From Gemmatimonadales bacterium (lineage in GTDB: Bacteria; Gemmatimonadota; Gemmatimonadetes; Gemmatimonadales; GWC2-71-9): 64,000 bases of DNA. The notes below the pieces were generated by a model. That model saw nothing but the letters and a program-made list of their open reading frames with translations. It was not told the origin of the DNA and did not search any database. Position numbers and translations under genes: made by a program. Position 1 is the first letter of the stretch. Each line of letters starts with the position of its first letter. Shown piece by piece: positions 1 through 8,903 of the stretch. The DNA is taken from positions 416,001-480,000 of the forward strand of contig JBBCJC010000005.1 in NCBI GenBank assembly GCA_037189525.1, written 5' to 3'.

Positions 1-1
1 C

Positions 2-1624
2 ATCATGTACGTCCTCTGGACCGACTGGCGGGTCCTGACGCGTCCGGCGGTACTGATCGGTATCGTGGCCGTGGTGATCATCGGCCTGACCCCGAACTAT
101 GTCTTCCTCCCGATCCGCGCGGAACAGTTCCCGCCGATCAACGAGGGTGAGCCGGTCGGATTCAGTGCGCTCTGCGCCGTGACGGCCGGACTGGCCGGCT
201 GCAGCGATGCGCTCTCGGACGTGCTCAACCGGGCCCAGTACGGTAAAGGATCGGTCTTCGACCGCCAGGCCGATCTGGTGGCCCAGTACGCCAACTACTG
301 GCAGTACTTCACCTGGCAGTTTGCCCGCGACTGGGAAGGATTCCGCCTTGCCGCCACGGGGCTGTTCACCGTGCTCGGCCTGACCGGCCTGTATCAGATG
401 CTGCGCAAGGATCTCCGCGCGGGCCTGGCCGCCGGCGCCATGCTCTTTACCCTGACGATTGCGCTCGTCTTCTATCTCAACTTCAAGTACGGCTACTCGA
501 TCTATCCCGATCGGACCGATATCAACCACAATCTCCGCGAAGTGCGCGAGCGCGATTACTTCTTCCTCTGCTCGTTTGCCTTCTTCGGCACCCTGGTGGC
601 GGCCGGCTTTGGCACCGTGATGACGGCGGTGGCCGACTTCTTCAAGACTCGGCTGTCCGAATCGGCGCGCTGGTACGCCGCGTTGCCGGTCGCGCTGCTG
701 GCGCTGATTCCGCTGCTCGGCAATCGCGTGTCGGCCAATCGCGACCACGAGTACGCCGCCCGGGATCTGGCGCGCGACCTGCTCGAATCGGTGGAGCCGT
801 ACGGCATCCTGATCACCGCCGGCGACAACGATACCTTCCCGCTCTGGTATGCGCAGGAAGTGGAAGGGATTCGCCCCGACGTGACCGTGGCCAACATGTC
901 GCTCATGAATACCGAGTGGCATCTCAAGCAGCTGGGTCGCCGAGCCACGCCCGAGTTCGACCCGAGCACCGCGGCCGCGCTCTGGCGCTCGCCCGACCGC
1001 CGCGGCACGCCGCTCGTCGATAGCGTCGATGCCACGGCGCCGTCGACGACCTGGGCCAAGCCGTCCGGCTCCGTCTTCTCGCTGTCCGAAACGGAACTGC
1101 ACAACCTGCCCGAGTTCACCCGCCCGCCCGCGGGATCGGTGCGCTTCGGCAATATCGAACTCAATTTCGAAGAGGTGCAGTACCTGGATCGCAAGGACAT
1201 CGCGACGATGTTCCTGATCCGCGACAACATCGGCAAGCGACCGATCTTTTTCAGCTGGAGCACCAGCTACTTTGCCGACCGAACCTTCGGTCTGACCCAG
1301 TATCTCGTGACGCAGGGCTTCGTGCGGAAGCTGTACCCTCAGCCGGTCACGCCTGCGCCAGGTCTGGTGTTCGGCCCGATGGGATGGATGGATATCGAAC
1401 GCACCGGCGATCTGCTCTGGGACACCTACCGATTGGAAAGCGTCTCGCGTCCCCGGCCGCTCGGATGGGTCGACGAGCCGTCGCGGTCGATCCTGGAACT
1501 GTACGCCGCTGTGTACGCGGCCTACGCCGCCACGCTTCGCCAGCAGAACGATACGACGCTCGCCGCCCGAGCCGATTCCGCCGGCGAGGCCGTGATGCGG
1601 AGTTTGCGGCCGGCCGTCAAATAG
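2..1624 (+). CDS. DUF2723 / TMEM260-like GT-C fold membrane glycosyltransferase (5'-truncated by window edge)
   Basis: Frame is open from the window start. Multiple TM helices; motifs PPINEGEP, EVRERDYFF and GDNDTFPLWYAQEVEGIRPDV are typical of DUF2723 proteins. Confidence 0.85.
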   Translation: MMYVLWTDWRVLTRPAVLIGIVAVVIIGLTPNYVFLPIRAEQFPPINEGEPVGFSALCAVTAGLAGCSDALSDVLNRAQYGKGSVFDRQADLVAQYANYWQYFTWQFARDWEGFRLAATGLFTVLGLTGLYQMLRKDLRAGLAAGAMLFTLTIALVFYLNFKYGYSIYPDRTDINHNLREVRERDYFFLCSFAFFGTLVAAGFGTVMTAVADFFKTRLSESARWYAALPVALLALIPLLGNRVSANRDHEYAARDLARDLLESVEPYGILITAGDNDTFPLWYAQEVEGIRPDVTVANMSLMNTEWHLKQLGRRATPEFDPSTAAALWRSPDRRGTPLVDSVDATAPSTTWAKPSGSVFSLSETELHNLPEFTRPPAGSVRFGNIELNFEEVQYLDRKDIATMFLIRDNIGKRPIFFSWSTSYFADRTFGLTQYLVTQGFVRKLYPQPVTPAPGLVFGPMGWMDIERTGDLLWDTYRLESVSRPRPLGWVDEPSRSILELYAAVYAAYAATLRQQNDTTLAARADSAGEAVMRSLRPAVK

Positions 1625-1631
1625 CACCAAA

Positions 1632-1669
1632 GCTCGAGGGCCGTGTCGTAGCCGGCACGGCCCTTGGGC
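1632..1669 (+). terminator. GC-rich hairpin after DUF2723 gene (terminator or processing stem)
   Basis: GCTCGAGGGCCGTGTCG-TAGC-CGGCACGGCCCTTGGGC; no U-tract. Confidence 0.45.
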
Positions 1670-1702
1670 CCACCCGGACGCGGCGTTAGCTTGCGTCCGC
1701 CA

Positions 1703-1789
1703 GGCGCGGTGGCAGAGCGGTTGATTGCACCGGTCTTGAAAACCGGCGAACCCGAAAGGGTTCCGTGAGTTCGAATCTCACCCGCGCCG
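1703..1789 (+). tRNA. tRNA-Ser(TGA)
   Basis: Acceptor GGCGCGG/CCGCGCC, anticodon arm CCGGT-CTTGAAA-ACCGG, long variable arm, GTTCGAAT T-loop, discriminator G; CCA not encoded. Confidence 0.97.
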
Positions 1790-1877
1790 TCGTCGTCCCA
1801 CACCCGCGTGACGCCACCCCGATCGTTCTTTCTGATTTCCGGAATGACTATTGGGCAGGACACGCAGCAGGTCCCGC

Positions 1878-2450
1878 ATGGTTCAGGTCCCTCCCCCGCA
1901 GGAAGCGCACTGGCCGGACGGCGCGATCTTCACCGTCGGACATTCGACCTTGCCGACCGATCGCTTCATCGCGCTGCTGCACACCTACGGCATCGAAACG
2001 CTCGCGGATATCCGCACGGTGCCACGGTCGCGGCACAACCCGCAGTTCAACGCCGACACCCTGGCAGAGAGCCTGGCAGCGGCGCAGATCCACTACGTGG
2101 CTATGACCGAACTCGGCGGCCTGCGCAAGCCACGCAAAGACTCGCCCAATCTGGGTTGGCGCAACGCCAGCTTCCGCGGCTACGCCGACTACATGCAAAC
2201 GGCCGCGTTCCGCGACGCCATCGACGTCCTGATCGGCATGAGCCGCCAACAGCGAGTGGCGATCATGTGCGCCGAGGCCGTGCCGTGGCGCTGCCACCGC
2301 TCTCTGGTCGCCGACGCCCTGCATCTGCGCGGCGTGCCCGTGATCGAGATTCTCTCGGCCACCAGCTATCGGTCCCACACCCTCACCCCGTTCGCGCACG
2401 TCGAGGGCACTTCGATTACCTATCCGCCCGATCAGGCCACCCTGCTCTGA
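1878..2450 (+). CDS. DUF488 family protein
   Basis: IFTVGHSTL, LADIRTVPRSRHNPQFN, LGGLRK and IMCAEAVPWRCHRSLVAD motifs. Confidence 0.9.
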   Translation: MVQVPPPQEAHWPDGAIFTVGHSTLPTDRFIALLHTYGIETLADIRTVPRSRHNPQFNADTLAESLAAAQIHYVAMTELGGLRKPRKDSPNLGWRNASFRGYADYMQTAAFRDAIDVLIGMSRQQRVAIMCAEAVPWRCHRSLVADALHLRGVPVIEILSATSYRSHTLTPFAHVEGTSITYPPDQATLL

Positions 2451-2515
2451 CCCGGAGGCCAGCCGCACCACGCGCCAGACTCACACACGCAAGGCGCGCA
2501 TGAACCCGTCGGACC

Positions 2516-4354
2516 TCAGGCGCGCGGATTGCCCACCACGAATGCTTCCATCGCGAAGTACTCCGCCAGACCGAGCCGGTCGAGCTCCTCGGCCGTGCCT
2601 TTGTTGCGCGCCTCGACCCGCTGCCAGAACTCGCGCTCGTCGTGGCCGGGAAACGGCGCCGTGTCCTTCTGCGACTGGTGTTTGAAGATCGCGTGGATCT
2701 TGAGCTTGAGTTCTTCCTGGGAAAGCGGCACCAGCCAGGTGGCATCGGTGATCGACCACTCCTGCCAGGCGCCCCGATAGAGCCAGACTTCCGGCATCGA
2801 ACCGCCCTGCTCGCTGCGTTCGACCAGCGCCCGGTCGATCGCCTCTTTGCACATCCGATGCGTACCATGCGGATCGGACAGGTCTCCGGCAATGAAGACG
2901 AACTCCGGATCGACCTCGTCGAGCAACCGGCGCACGATGGCGACGTCCTCGGGTCCGATCGGCGCTTTTTTCACGGTCCCGGTTTGATAGAACGGCAGAT
3001 CGAGGAACCGGCCGGCCTCGGGCGGCAATCCGAGCACGCCGATCCCGGCAATCGCCTCGGAGACGCGGATCAGGCGTTTGATGTCGAGCACGGCCTCGAT
3101 ATCGACATCTCCCGGATGCTTCTCCGTCAGGTACGCTTCGACCTCGTTTGCCAGTTGCTCCGCCGGACCTTCCGGTAGATATCGCTCGGCGGCCAGGCGC
3201 CTCAGAAAATCGAGGTGCCGGCGCACATCGTGGTCGAACACCGCGATGTTGCCGCTGGTCATGTAGGCGACCACGATCTGGTTGCCGTTCTCCACCAGCT
3301 TGCGGAGGATCCCGCCCATCGAAATGACGTCGTCGTCCGGATGGGGTGAAAAACAGATGATCCGCTTACCGCGCGGCAACTTGGACCGGCCCCGAATCTT
3401 CGCACCGAGCGTGTTGAACACTTCGCCGTTGAGGACCCCGGGCGCCGGGTAGCGATTGACCAGCGAGCCGAGTTTGTGCTCGGCGTAGTCGCCGCGGGTC
3501 AGCTTGAGGATGGCCTTGCCGGTCTGGTGCGAAAGCCAGACCACCGCCCGAACGACCTGAGCCGGAGTCCACTCTACCGGACCGACCAGCCACGGCGTGG
3601 CAATCGCGGTCAGCTGCTCCGCCGCCGCGCGATCGAGATAGAAGGCAACGTTCGGGTGCTGCTGCAGAAAGGTGGCCGGTACCTGCGGATCGATCCGTCC
3701 CTCGATGGCCTGACGTACGATGCCGGCTTTGTGCTCTCCCGTGGCCAGGACCACGATCTCGCGAGCCGCCATGATGGTGCCCACCCCCATGGTGACTGCC
3801 TGCCGGGGCACATTCTCTTCGCCGAAGAAGTCGGCCGCCGCATCTCGCCGCGTTACGGCATCGAGTTCGATCAATCGGGTCCGGCTGTCCGCTGGCGAGC
3901 CCGGTTCATTGAACCCGATATGCCCGGTCCGGCCCAGACCAAGTATCTGGATGTCGATGCCGCCGTGGCGCCGGATCGCGTCCTCGTACGCCTGGGTTGC
4001 CGCCGCCATATCCCGATCCGGCAGGTCGCCGCGCGGAACATGTACGTTGGCGGGATCGATGTCGACCAGACTGAACAGATGCTCCTGCATGAAACGGTGA
4101 TACGAATGCAGATTGTCCGGCGCCATCGGGAAGTACTCGTCGAGATTGAACGTCACCACATCCCGGAAGCTGAGCTCTTCTTCCCGGTGCCTCCGCACCA
4201 GCTCCGCATAGATCCCGATCGGGGTCGACCCGGTTGCCAGGCCGAGCACCGGCGCCCGTCCGGCGGCGCGGGCTGCCGCCATGCTCTCGACGATCCGGTC
4301 GGTCACCCGTCGGGCGAGTTCGAGATGATCTTCGGTTATCGAAATCGTGGGCAC
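2516..4354 (-). CDS. nagB: Glucosamine-6-phosphate deaminase, long form with C-terminal PIG-L/LmbE-like domain
   Basis: LGLATGSTP, FNLDEY and GHIGFNEPGS in the N-terminal half; SPHPDDDVISMGG and DPHGTH in the C-terminal half; strong SD GGAGGAGG before GTG. Confidence 0.93.
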   Translation of the reverse strand: MPTISITEDHLELARRVTDRIVESMAAARAAGRAPVLGLATGSTPIGIYAELVRRHREEELSFRDVVTFNLDEYFPMAPDNLHSYHRFMQEHLFSLVDIDPANVHVPRGDLPDRDMAAATQAYEDAIRRHGGIDIQILGLGRTGHIGFNEPGSPADSRTRLIELDAVTRRDAAADFFGEENVPRQAVTMGVGTIMAAREIVVLATGEHKAGIVRQAIEGRIDPQVPATFLQQHPNVAFYLDRAAAEQLTAIATPWLVGPVEWTPAQVVRAVVWLSHQTGKAILKLTRGDYAEHKLGSLVNRYPAPGVLNGEVFNTLGAKIRGRSKLPRGKRIICFSPHPDDDVISMGGILRKLVENGNQIVVAYMTSGNIAVFDHDVRRHLDFLRRLAAERYLPEGPAEQLANEVEAYLTEKHPGDVDIEAVLDIKRLIRVSEAIAGIGVLGLPPEAGRFLDLPFYQTGTVKKAPIGPEDVAIVRRLLDEVDPEFVFIAGDLSDPHGTHRMCKEAIDRALVERSEQGGSMPEVWLYRGAWQEWSITDATWLVPLSQEELKLKIHAIFKHQSQKDTAPFPGHDEREFWQRVEARNKGTAEELDRLGLAEYFAMEAFVVGNPRA

Positions 4355-4452
4355 GGGCTTCCTCCTCCGTCTGTCACCTGATCATCCTCGAGCTGGATCA
4401 ATCTGCCTCACCCGTCAGCGCCGCGCCACGAACCCTCCAGAAGGGCGCCGGT

Positions 4453-4480
4453 TCAGCTTTCAGCCACACCCTGCCGATAC
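4453..4480 (+). promoter_or_regulatory. Putative sigma28 (FliA-type) promoter
   Basis: TCAGCTTT-N12-GCCGATAC ending 7 nt before ATG 4488; the -10 closely matches the sigma28 consensus GCCGATAA. Confidence 0.55.
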
Positions 4481-4487
4481 TGTAGTC

Positions 4488-5708
4488 ATGCATACCGGCG
4501 ACGTCTTCATCGCGCGACAACCCATCCTCGACCGCAACGACCTGGTTGCCGGTTACGAGATCCTGTTCCGATCCGGCCCCGAAAACCGCTTTGCGGGCGG
4601 CGACGCCGACATGGCATCGAGCCAGGGCCTCGAACGGGCCCTGATGACCTTCGGATTCGACGAATTGACCAACGGCCGGCCGGCCTTCATCAATTTGTCC
4701 CGCCAGGTCCTCCTCACTGAACTGTACACCCTGCTTCCGGCCGATCGCTCCGTCATCGAGCTGCTGGAAACGGTCGAGCCGGACCACGAGGTCATCGCGG
4801 CCGTCGAGCGCCTCAAGAAGAGCGGATACCAGCTCGCCCTCGACGACTTCGTCTATACGCCGGCGGCCGACCCCCTGCTGGCCCTCGCCGATATCGTCAA
4901 GATCGACTTCCGGAATCCGGAGGCCACGACACCGGAGGCCATTGCCCGGGCCCGGAGCCATGGTGCCAGACTGCTGGCCGAAAAGGTCGAGACCCGCGAC
5001 GAACGGGACGCGGCGGCCGAGCAAGGGTTCGACTGGTTCCAGGGCTACTACTTCTGCCGGCCGGAGATGATGCAGAACCGGTCGCAGGCGCCCAGCCGGC
5101 TCAACTACCTCCGCATGCTCCGGGAAGTCGGCCAGCACGAGATCGAGTTCGAACGGGTCGAAGCAATCATCCGGGAAGAAGTGGCGTTCTCGGTCCGGCT
5201 ACTCCGGTACCTCAACTCGGCCGGCTTCGGATGGCGCCATCAGGTCGAGACGATCGACCACGCCCTCCGGCTCCTCGGTGTGAAACAGCTCCGGAAGTGG
5301 GTCTCGGCCGTGGCAACGGTCGGCCTCTCGAGCGGCAAGCCCCCGGAGCTGGTGACGACCGCGCTGCTCCGCGCCCGGCTGGCCGAGCTGCTCGCCGGAC
5401 CGGTCGGGCTCGACAACTCGGACCTCGACCTGTTCTTCGCGGGCCTCCTGTCCGTAATGGACGCCGTGATGGACCAGCCGCTCGAACAGCTGGTCGGCTC
5501 GCTCTCGCTCTCGCCACCATTGGCCGCGGCACTGCTCCGGCGGGAACCGCCGTTCGGTCCGGTGCTCGACCTGGTCGTCGCGCAAGAGCGCGGCGAATGG
5601 AGCCGGATGGAGGCCTTGGCCGAACAGCTCGGCGCCCGGACGACCCACGTTCAGGAAGCCTATCAGACCGCCTCGAACTGGGCTGCCGAAATCTCCAAAG
5701 CCGCCTGA
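4488..5708 (+). CDS. EAL + HDOD domain c-di-GMP signalling protein (YuxH/CdgJ-like)
   Basis: FIARQPI, GYEILFR, FINL, LALDDF, LLAEKVET and FQGYYF, followed by an HDOD region (LLRYLNSA...GLLSVMDA). Confidence 0.9.
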   Translation: MHTGDVFIARQPILDRNDLVAGYEILFRSGPENRFAGGDADMASSQGLERALMTFGFDELTNGRPAFINLSRQVLLTELYTLLPADRSVIELLETVEPDHEVIAAVERLKKSGYQLALDDFVYTPAADPLLALADIVKIDFRNPEATTPEAIARARSHGARLLAEKVETRDERDAAAEQGFDWFQGYYFCRPEMMQNRSQAPSRLNYLRMLREVGQHEIEFERVEAIIREEVAFSVRLLRYLNSAGFGWRHQVETIDHALRLLGVKQLRKWVSAVATVGLSSGKPPELVTTALLRARLAELLAGPVGLDNSDLDLFFAGLLSVMDAVMDQPLEQLVGSLSLSPPLAAALLRREPPFGPVLDLVVAQERGEWSRMEALAEQLGARTTHVQEAYQTASNWAAEISKAA

Positions 5709-5734
5709 CCCCCGGGCGATAATCGCCCGACCCC

Positions 5735-5784
5735 CGAGACCCCGAATTCGACCTTCACCTCGTCGAGCTCGGGGTCTCGCTTTT
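5735..5784 (+). terminator. Rho-independent terminator
   Basis: Stem CGAGACCCCGAATTCGAC / GTCGAGCTCGGGGTCTCG followed by CTTTT. Confidence 0.7.
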
Positions 5785-5816
5785 CCCCTCCGCTTCCCCA
5801 AAATCGGCCTCACCTC

Positions 5817-5845
5817 TTGACGAGACCCGAAATCGGTCGGACAAT
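5817..5845 (+). promoter_or_regulatory. Sigma70-type promoter
   Basis: TTGACG-N17-GACAAT upstream of the 5921 ORF. Confidence 0.55.
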
Positions 5846-5920
5846 GGCATACAGTTCGCAAATTATACAGTCGAATTCTTCGACGGTGCGCAGGTGCAAA
5901 AGTTGTCGCGATTCCACAAC

Positions 5921-6361
5921 ATGCGTCAGATTCTTGAGGGGCGCCGACGCTCGCTGGCCCTGGTCGCGGTCATGATCGGCGGCTGCTCGTCCTTGGCACC
6001 TTCGGCCCCGGAGCTCCCGGTCGGGGCGGTCCGGATGTTGGCAGATACCGAATATCAGGTTTGGTTCGACCGCACCAAGGAGTGCAGTGGCCTTGGCGGT
6101 CAAATCAATGAAATTCAATGGTTTATCGTGCCTGGCGTAGAAACTTTCGAGACCTCGGCCGGTCCGAAGGTCGGGATGTGGGAAAAGACGGGCGGCGTCG
6201 CGCGGATCACGATCGCGGGAAATTATGCCCGGCACGAGATGGTGATCCGTCACGAAATGTTGCACCATCTGCTCGATCGCGAGGGTCACCCTGGCGAATT
6301 CTTTAGCGAACGGTGCCGGCTGACCTGGGAAACATGGTCGGATTCGCACCACGCCGATTGA
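5921..6361 (+). CDS. Hypothetical lipoprotein with HExxH zinc-binding motif
   Basis: Signal ending in lipobox IGGC; RHEMLHHLLDREGH; four Cys residues. Confidence 0.65.
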   Translation: MRQILEGRRRSLALVAVMIGGCSSLAPSAPELPVGAVRMLADTEYQVWFDRTKECSGLGGQINEIQWFIVPGVETFETSAGPKVGMWEKTGGVARITIAGNYARHEMVIRHEMLHHLLDREGHPGEFFSERCRLTWETWSDSHHAD

Positions 6362-6437
6362 TGCTTGAGTAGCACGGACCGCTGCTCGTAAGCGACACTG
6401 TTGGACCGAGGCCGCAATCGAGAGAACCGCCGGCCCG

Positions 6438-8348
6438 TCAGGGGGTGACGATCGTCCCCATCCGTACCACTTCGAAATCACTTCCGCGCAGCTGCTTCAG
6501 AGTATTCATCTGCGCATCGTTCCAGCGGGAGTCAGCGACGCCGCTGACATACCAGTCACTGCCGTTGTCGGCCACGATCATCCCGTACTTCTTGAGCGCC
6601 CGCAGCACCACCTGGGCGTGAGCCGGATACCCGGAGATATCGAAGCTCGCCTTGAGCCGAACCCGCATCCCCATCGGGGGCCGGTTGGTGGAGTTGTCGC
6701 TGCTGGCCCAGTGGCGAGCCGGATAGATATACGCCCGGCGGGTCCGGCTCACCGTGAACCGGAGCGCGTGGGTAATCTCCCCAGCCGCCACTTCGTCATA
6801 GCGAACCAGGCCCGGTAGAATCGGAAGCCCGGCCGCATCCGCCGAGGTCCAGCCCGCCGGCCGAAGCGCATTGGAGTTGAGATCGAAGATGGCGCCCGAC
6901 CCCGCCCGCCACGACCCATCGGGCTGCGGATAGGCAGCATACAACTCATAGAGCCGCCAGTTATCACGATCCACGACCAGCACGTGCCGATCGCCCGTCG
7001 ACGACGGTCCGCCTTCGATCGGCGCATTCGGCGGAATCGGATAGGGACCCGGATCGCTTTCGCTGCGATACTCGAATGACACCGGCACCCGCGCCTGAGT
7101 TCCCGAGACGACGATATAAGGAATCCCGAACGGACCACCGTTCCAGTTGGCGCCGAAATCGGGATGGAACCGCTTGGTCGGCCCGATTGCCGTGATGATG
7201 GCATCGGAGTTGGGATCCACCTGGGCCGTGTCGACCGGCTGGTTCCAGGGGTTATCCACAGGAAAAAGGCGGCGCCCTACCAGATCGGCATTAGGCCCCA
7301 GCCCAGCTGGCGGCGGGGGAGGCGGTGGTGGTGGCGGGGGTGGAGGAGGCGGCGGCGGTGGCGGCACCGGCGGGGCGACGAGGATCACCCTGCTGGTATC
7401 AGCAAACCCGGCCGTCGCGTGGCGAAACCAGATCAGATAGGCACCGGGAACGGACCCCGCCGTATATCGTCCGGCCGAAGACACCGATCCGCCGGTTGCT
7501 CCGAAGGTTCCGGATGCGCTGACGGTCGAACCGTCCGAGCGACGTGCCAGTACCGTGAACTGATGAGCCGCGCCGGGGTTCAGATTGACCGAGTCGGGGG
7601 AGAGTTCCACCGCGGTCAGGGTCGGTCCCGACGGCTCCGCCCGCACGACGACCACCGCGGTATCGGTGAACTCCTGCCCCGCCACGACCACCGAGGCCAT
7701 GATCCGGTAGGTCCCGATCGATGCGCCGGCCTGATACCGACCCGGCGTGCTGAAGGATCCCGCAATCGCGGACCACGCCGCCGTTGCCGTCATCGACAAC
7801 GGTGTCCCGCCCTCGTATTGAAGCCACGCCCCGAGCTCGAACACCCCTCGCGGCACCACCACGATCGAATCCGGCACGACCCAGAAGCGCTCGACGACCG
7901 GACCGGGCGGCGGGGGTGGCGGAGGCGGGGGCGGGGGCGGGGGCGGAGGTGGTGGAGAGGGCGGCGGTGGGGGCGGAGGCGGAGGAACCGGAGCAACGAT
8001 TTGAACCGAGGTCGATGCCGCGAGCGAAGTGCCGCGCAGAGCAGCGTCGACCCGGTAGTCGCCAGCCGTGGTCCCGGCCTGATACAATCCGGTGGCCGAG
8101 ATGACCCCGCCCTGAGCAGTGAAGACCACGTCCGTCTGCACGACTGTGTCTCCGAGCGCCCGGACGGCGCTGGCGGTGAACCGGAGCGTGTCCCCCGGTT
8201 CAAGCCGGGCCGATTCGGGCCTGATGACCAGCGACCTGAGCGCCAGGGGGTCGGGGCCAAGACCGTCCCGGCCGGGAGCGTCCTGACACGCCGAGACTAC
8301 GAGGAGTCCGGCGGACACGAGTACCCACTGCCAGTGCGATCGAGACAT
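6438..8348 (-). CDS. Secreted lipoprotein: Ig-like (Big_2-like) repeats, poly-proline linkers and a conserved-looking C-terminal domain of unknown function
   Basis: Lipobox VSAC; three beta-rich repeats ending GxYxAG..G.Y; P9-S-P17 and P19 runs; C-terminal FPVDNPWN...GIPY...ESDPGPYPIP...GDRH...GWTSADAAGLP...ADNGS. Confidence 0.75.
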   Translation of the reverse strand: MSRSHWQWVLVSAGLLVVSACQDAPGRDGLGPDPLALRSLVIRPESARLEPGDTLRFTASAVRALGDTVVQTDVVFTAQGGVISATGLYQAGTTAGDYRVDAALRGTSLAASTSVQIVAPVPPPPPPPPPSPPPPPPPPPPPPPPPPPGPVVERFWVVPDSIVVVPRGVFELGAWLQYEGGTPLSMTATAAWSAIAGSFSTPGRYQAGASIGTYRIMASVVVAGQEFTDTAVVVVRAEPSGPTLTAVELSPDSVNLNPGAAHQFTVLARRSDGSTVSASGTFGATGGSVSSAGRYTAGSVPGAYLIWFRHATAGFADTSRVILVAPPVPPPPPPPPPPPPPPPPPPPAGLGPNADLVGRRLFPVDNPWNQPVDTAQVDPNSDAIITAIGPTKRFHPDFGANWNGGPFGIPYIVVSGTQARVPVSFEYRSESDPGPYPIPPNAPIEGGPSSTGDRHVLVVDRDNWRLYELYAAYPQPDGSWRAGSGAIFDLNSNALRPAGWTSADAAGLPILPGLVRYDEVAAGEITHALRFTVSRTRRAYIYPARHWASSDNSTNRPPMGMRVRLKASFDISGYPAHAQVVLRALKKYGMIVADNGSDWYVSGVADSRWNDAQMNTLKQLRGSDFEVVRMGTIVTP

Positions 8349-8708
8349 AGTACTTACCAATCTAGCAATCCACAGGAATACCAACAATCACAAAAACTTG
8401 ACAATGCAACTTATCAACATGAATATGTTGCTTTATAAACATATTTAAAGCAAGTACTTACGATAGAAACCGTCGTGATGATCTCGGAGATTTGCCGTAT
8501 ATAATTTTGACTCTGTTGATAACGACTTGTCTCGGAAACCATCCCGGATGTCGAAAGCTCGGCAGTTCAAAGGTCCCGCTCGACTCGTTTATCGACGTCT
8601 CGCGGGATTCCTCACGCACTTCCCCGTCGCCACAGCCGGTCAACACCAATCGAATTGGCGGGTTGCGTAAGCAGCCCTTCATCTCCACTTTTCCGCCCTC
8701 GTTGTTCT

Positions 8709-8799
8709 GGAGCGGTGGCCGAGAGGCTGAAGGCGGCGGTTTGCTAAACCGTTATAGGGTTGAAAAGCCCTATCGAGGGTTCGAATCCCTCCCGCTCCG
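8709..8799 (+). tRNA. tRNA-Ser(GCT)
   Basis: Acceptor GGAGCGG/CCGCTCC, anticodon arm GCGGT-TTGCTAA-ACCGT, long variable arm, GTTCGAAT T-loop. Confidence 0.97.
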
Positions 8800-8903
8800 T
8801 TGGTAAATCCCCTGCTGTTTCGTGCGTCGAGCGTGCCGACCGATCGGCCGCTCGACGTTGCGCTTCGGCTCACTCGAGTACCCAGCTGACCCAACCTGCC
8901 GGT

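Noticed and set aside
7308..7985. GGN-rich low-complexity tracts as possible tandem repeat, CRISPR or G-quadruplex element
   Set aside because: Fully explained as poly-proline codons on the minus strand; no repeat-spacer structure.
1703..8799. Segment between two tRNA-Ser genes as an integrated island
   Set aside because: Different isoacceptors, no duplicated tRNA end or integrase, and it contains housekeeping-like nagB.
8492..8903. ORF 8492-8806 and the N-terminal extension of the gltX ORF from 8760
   Set aside because: Both overlap tRNA-Ser(GCT); gltX homology begins at ATG 8904.
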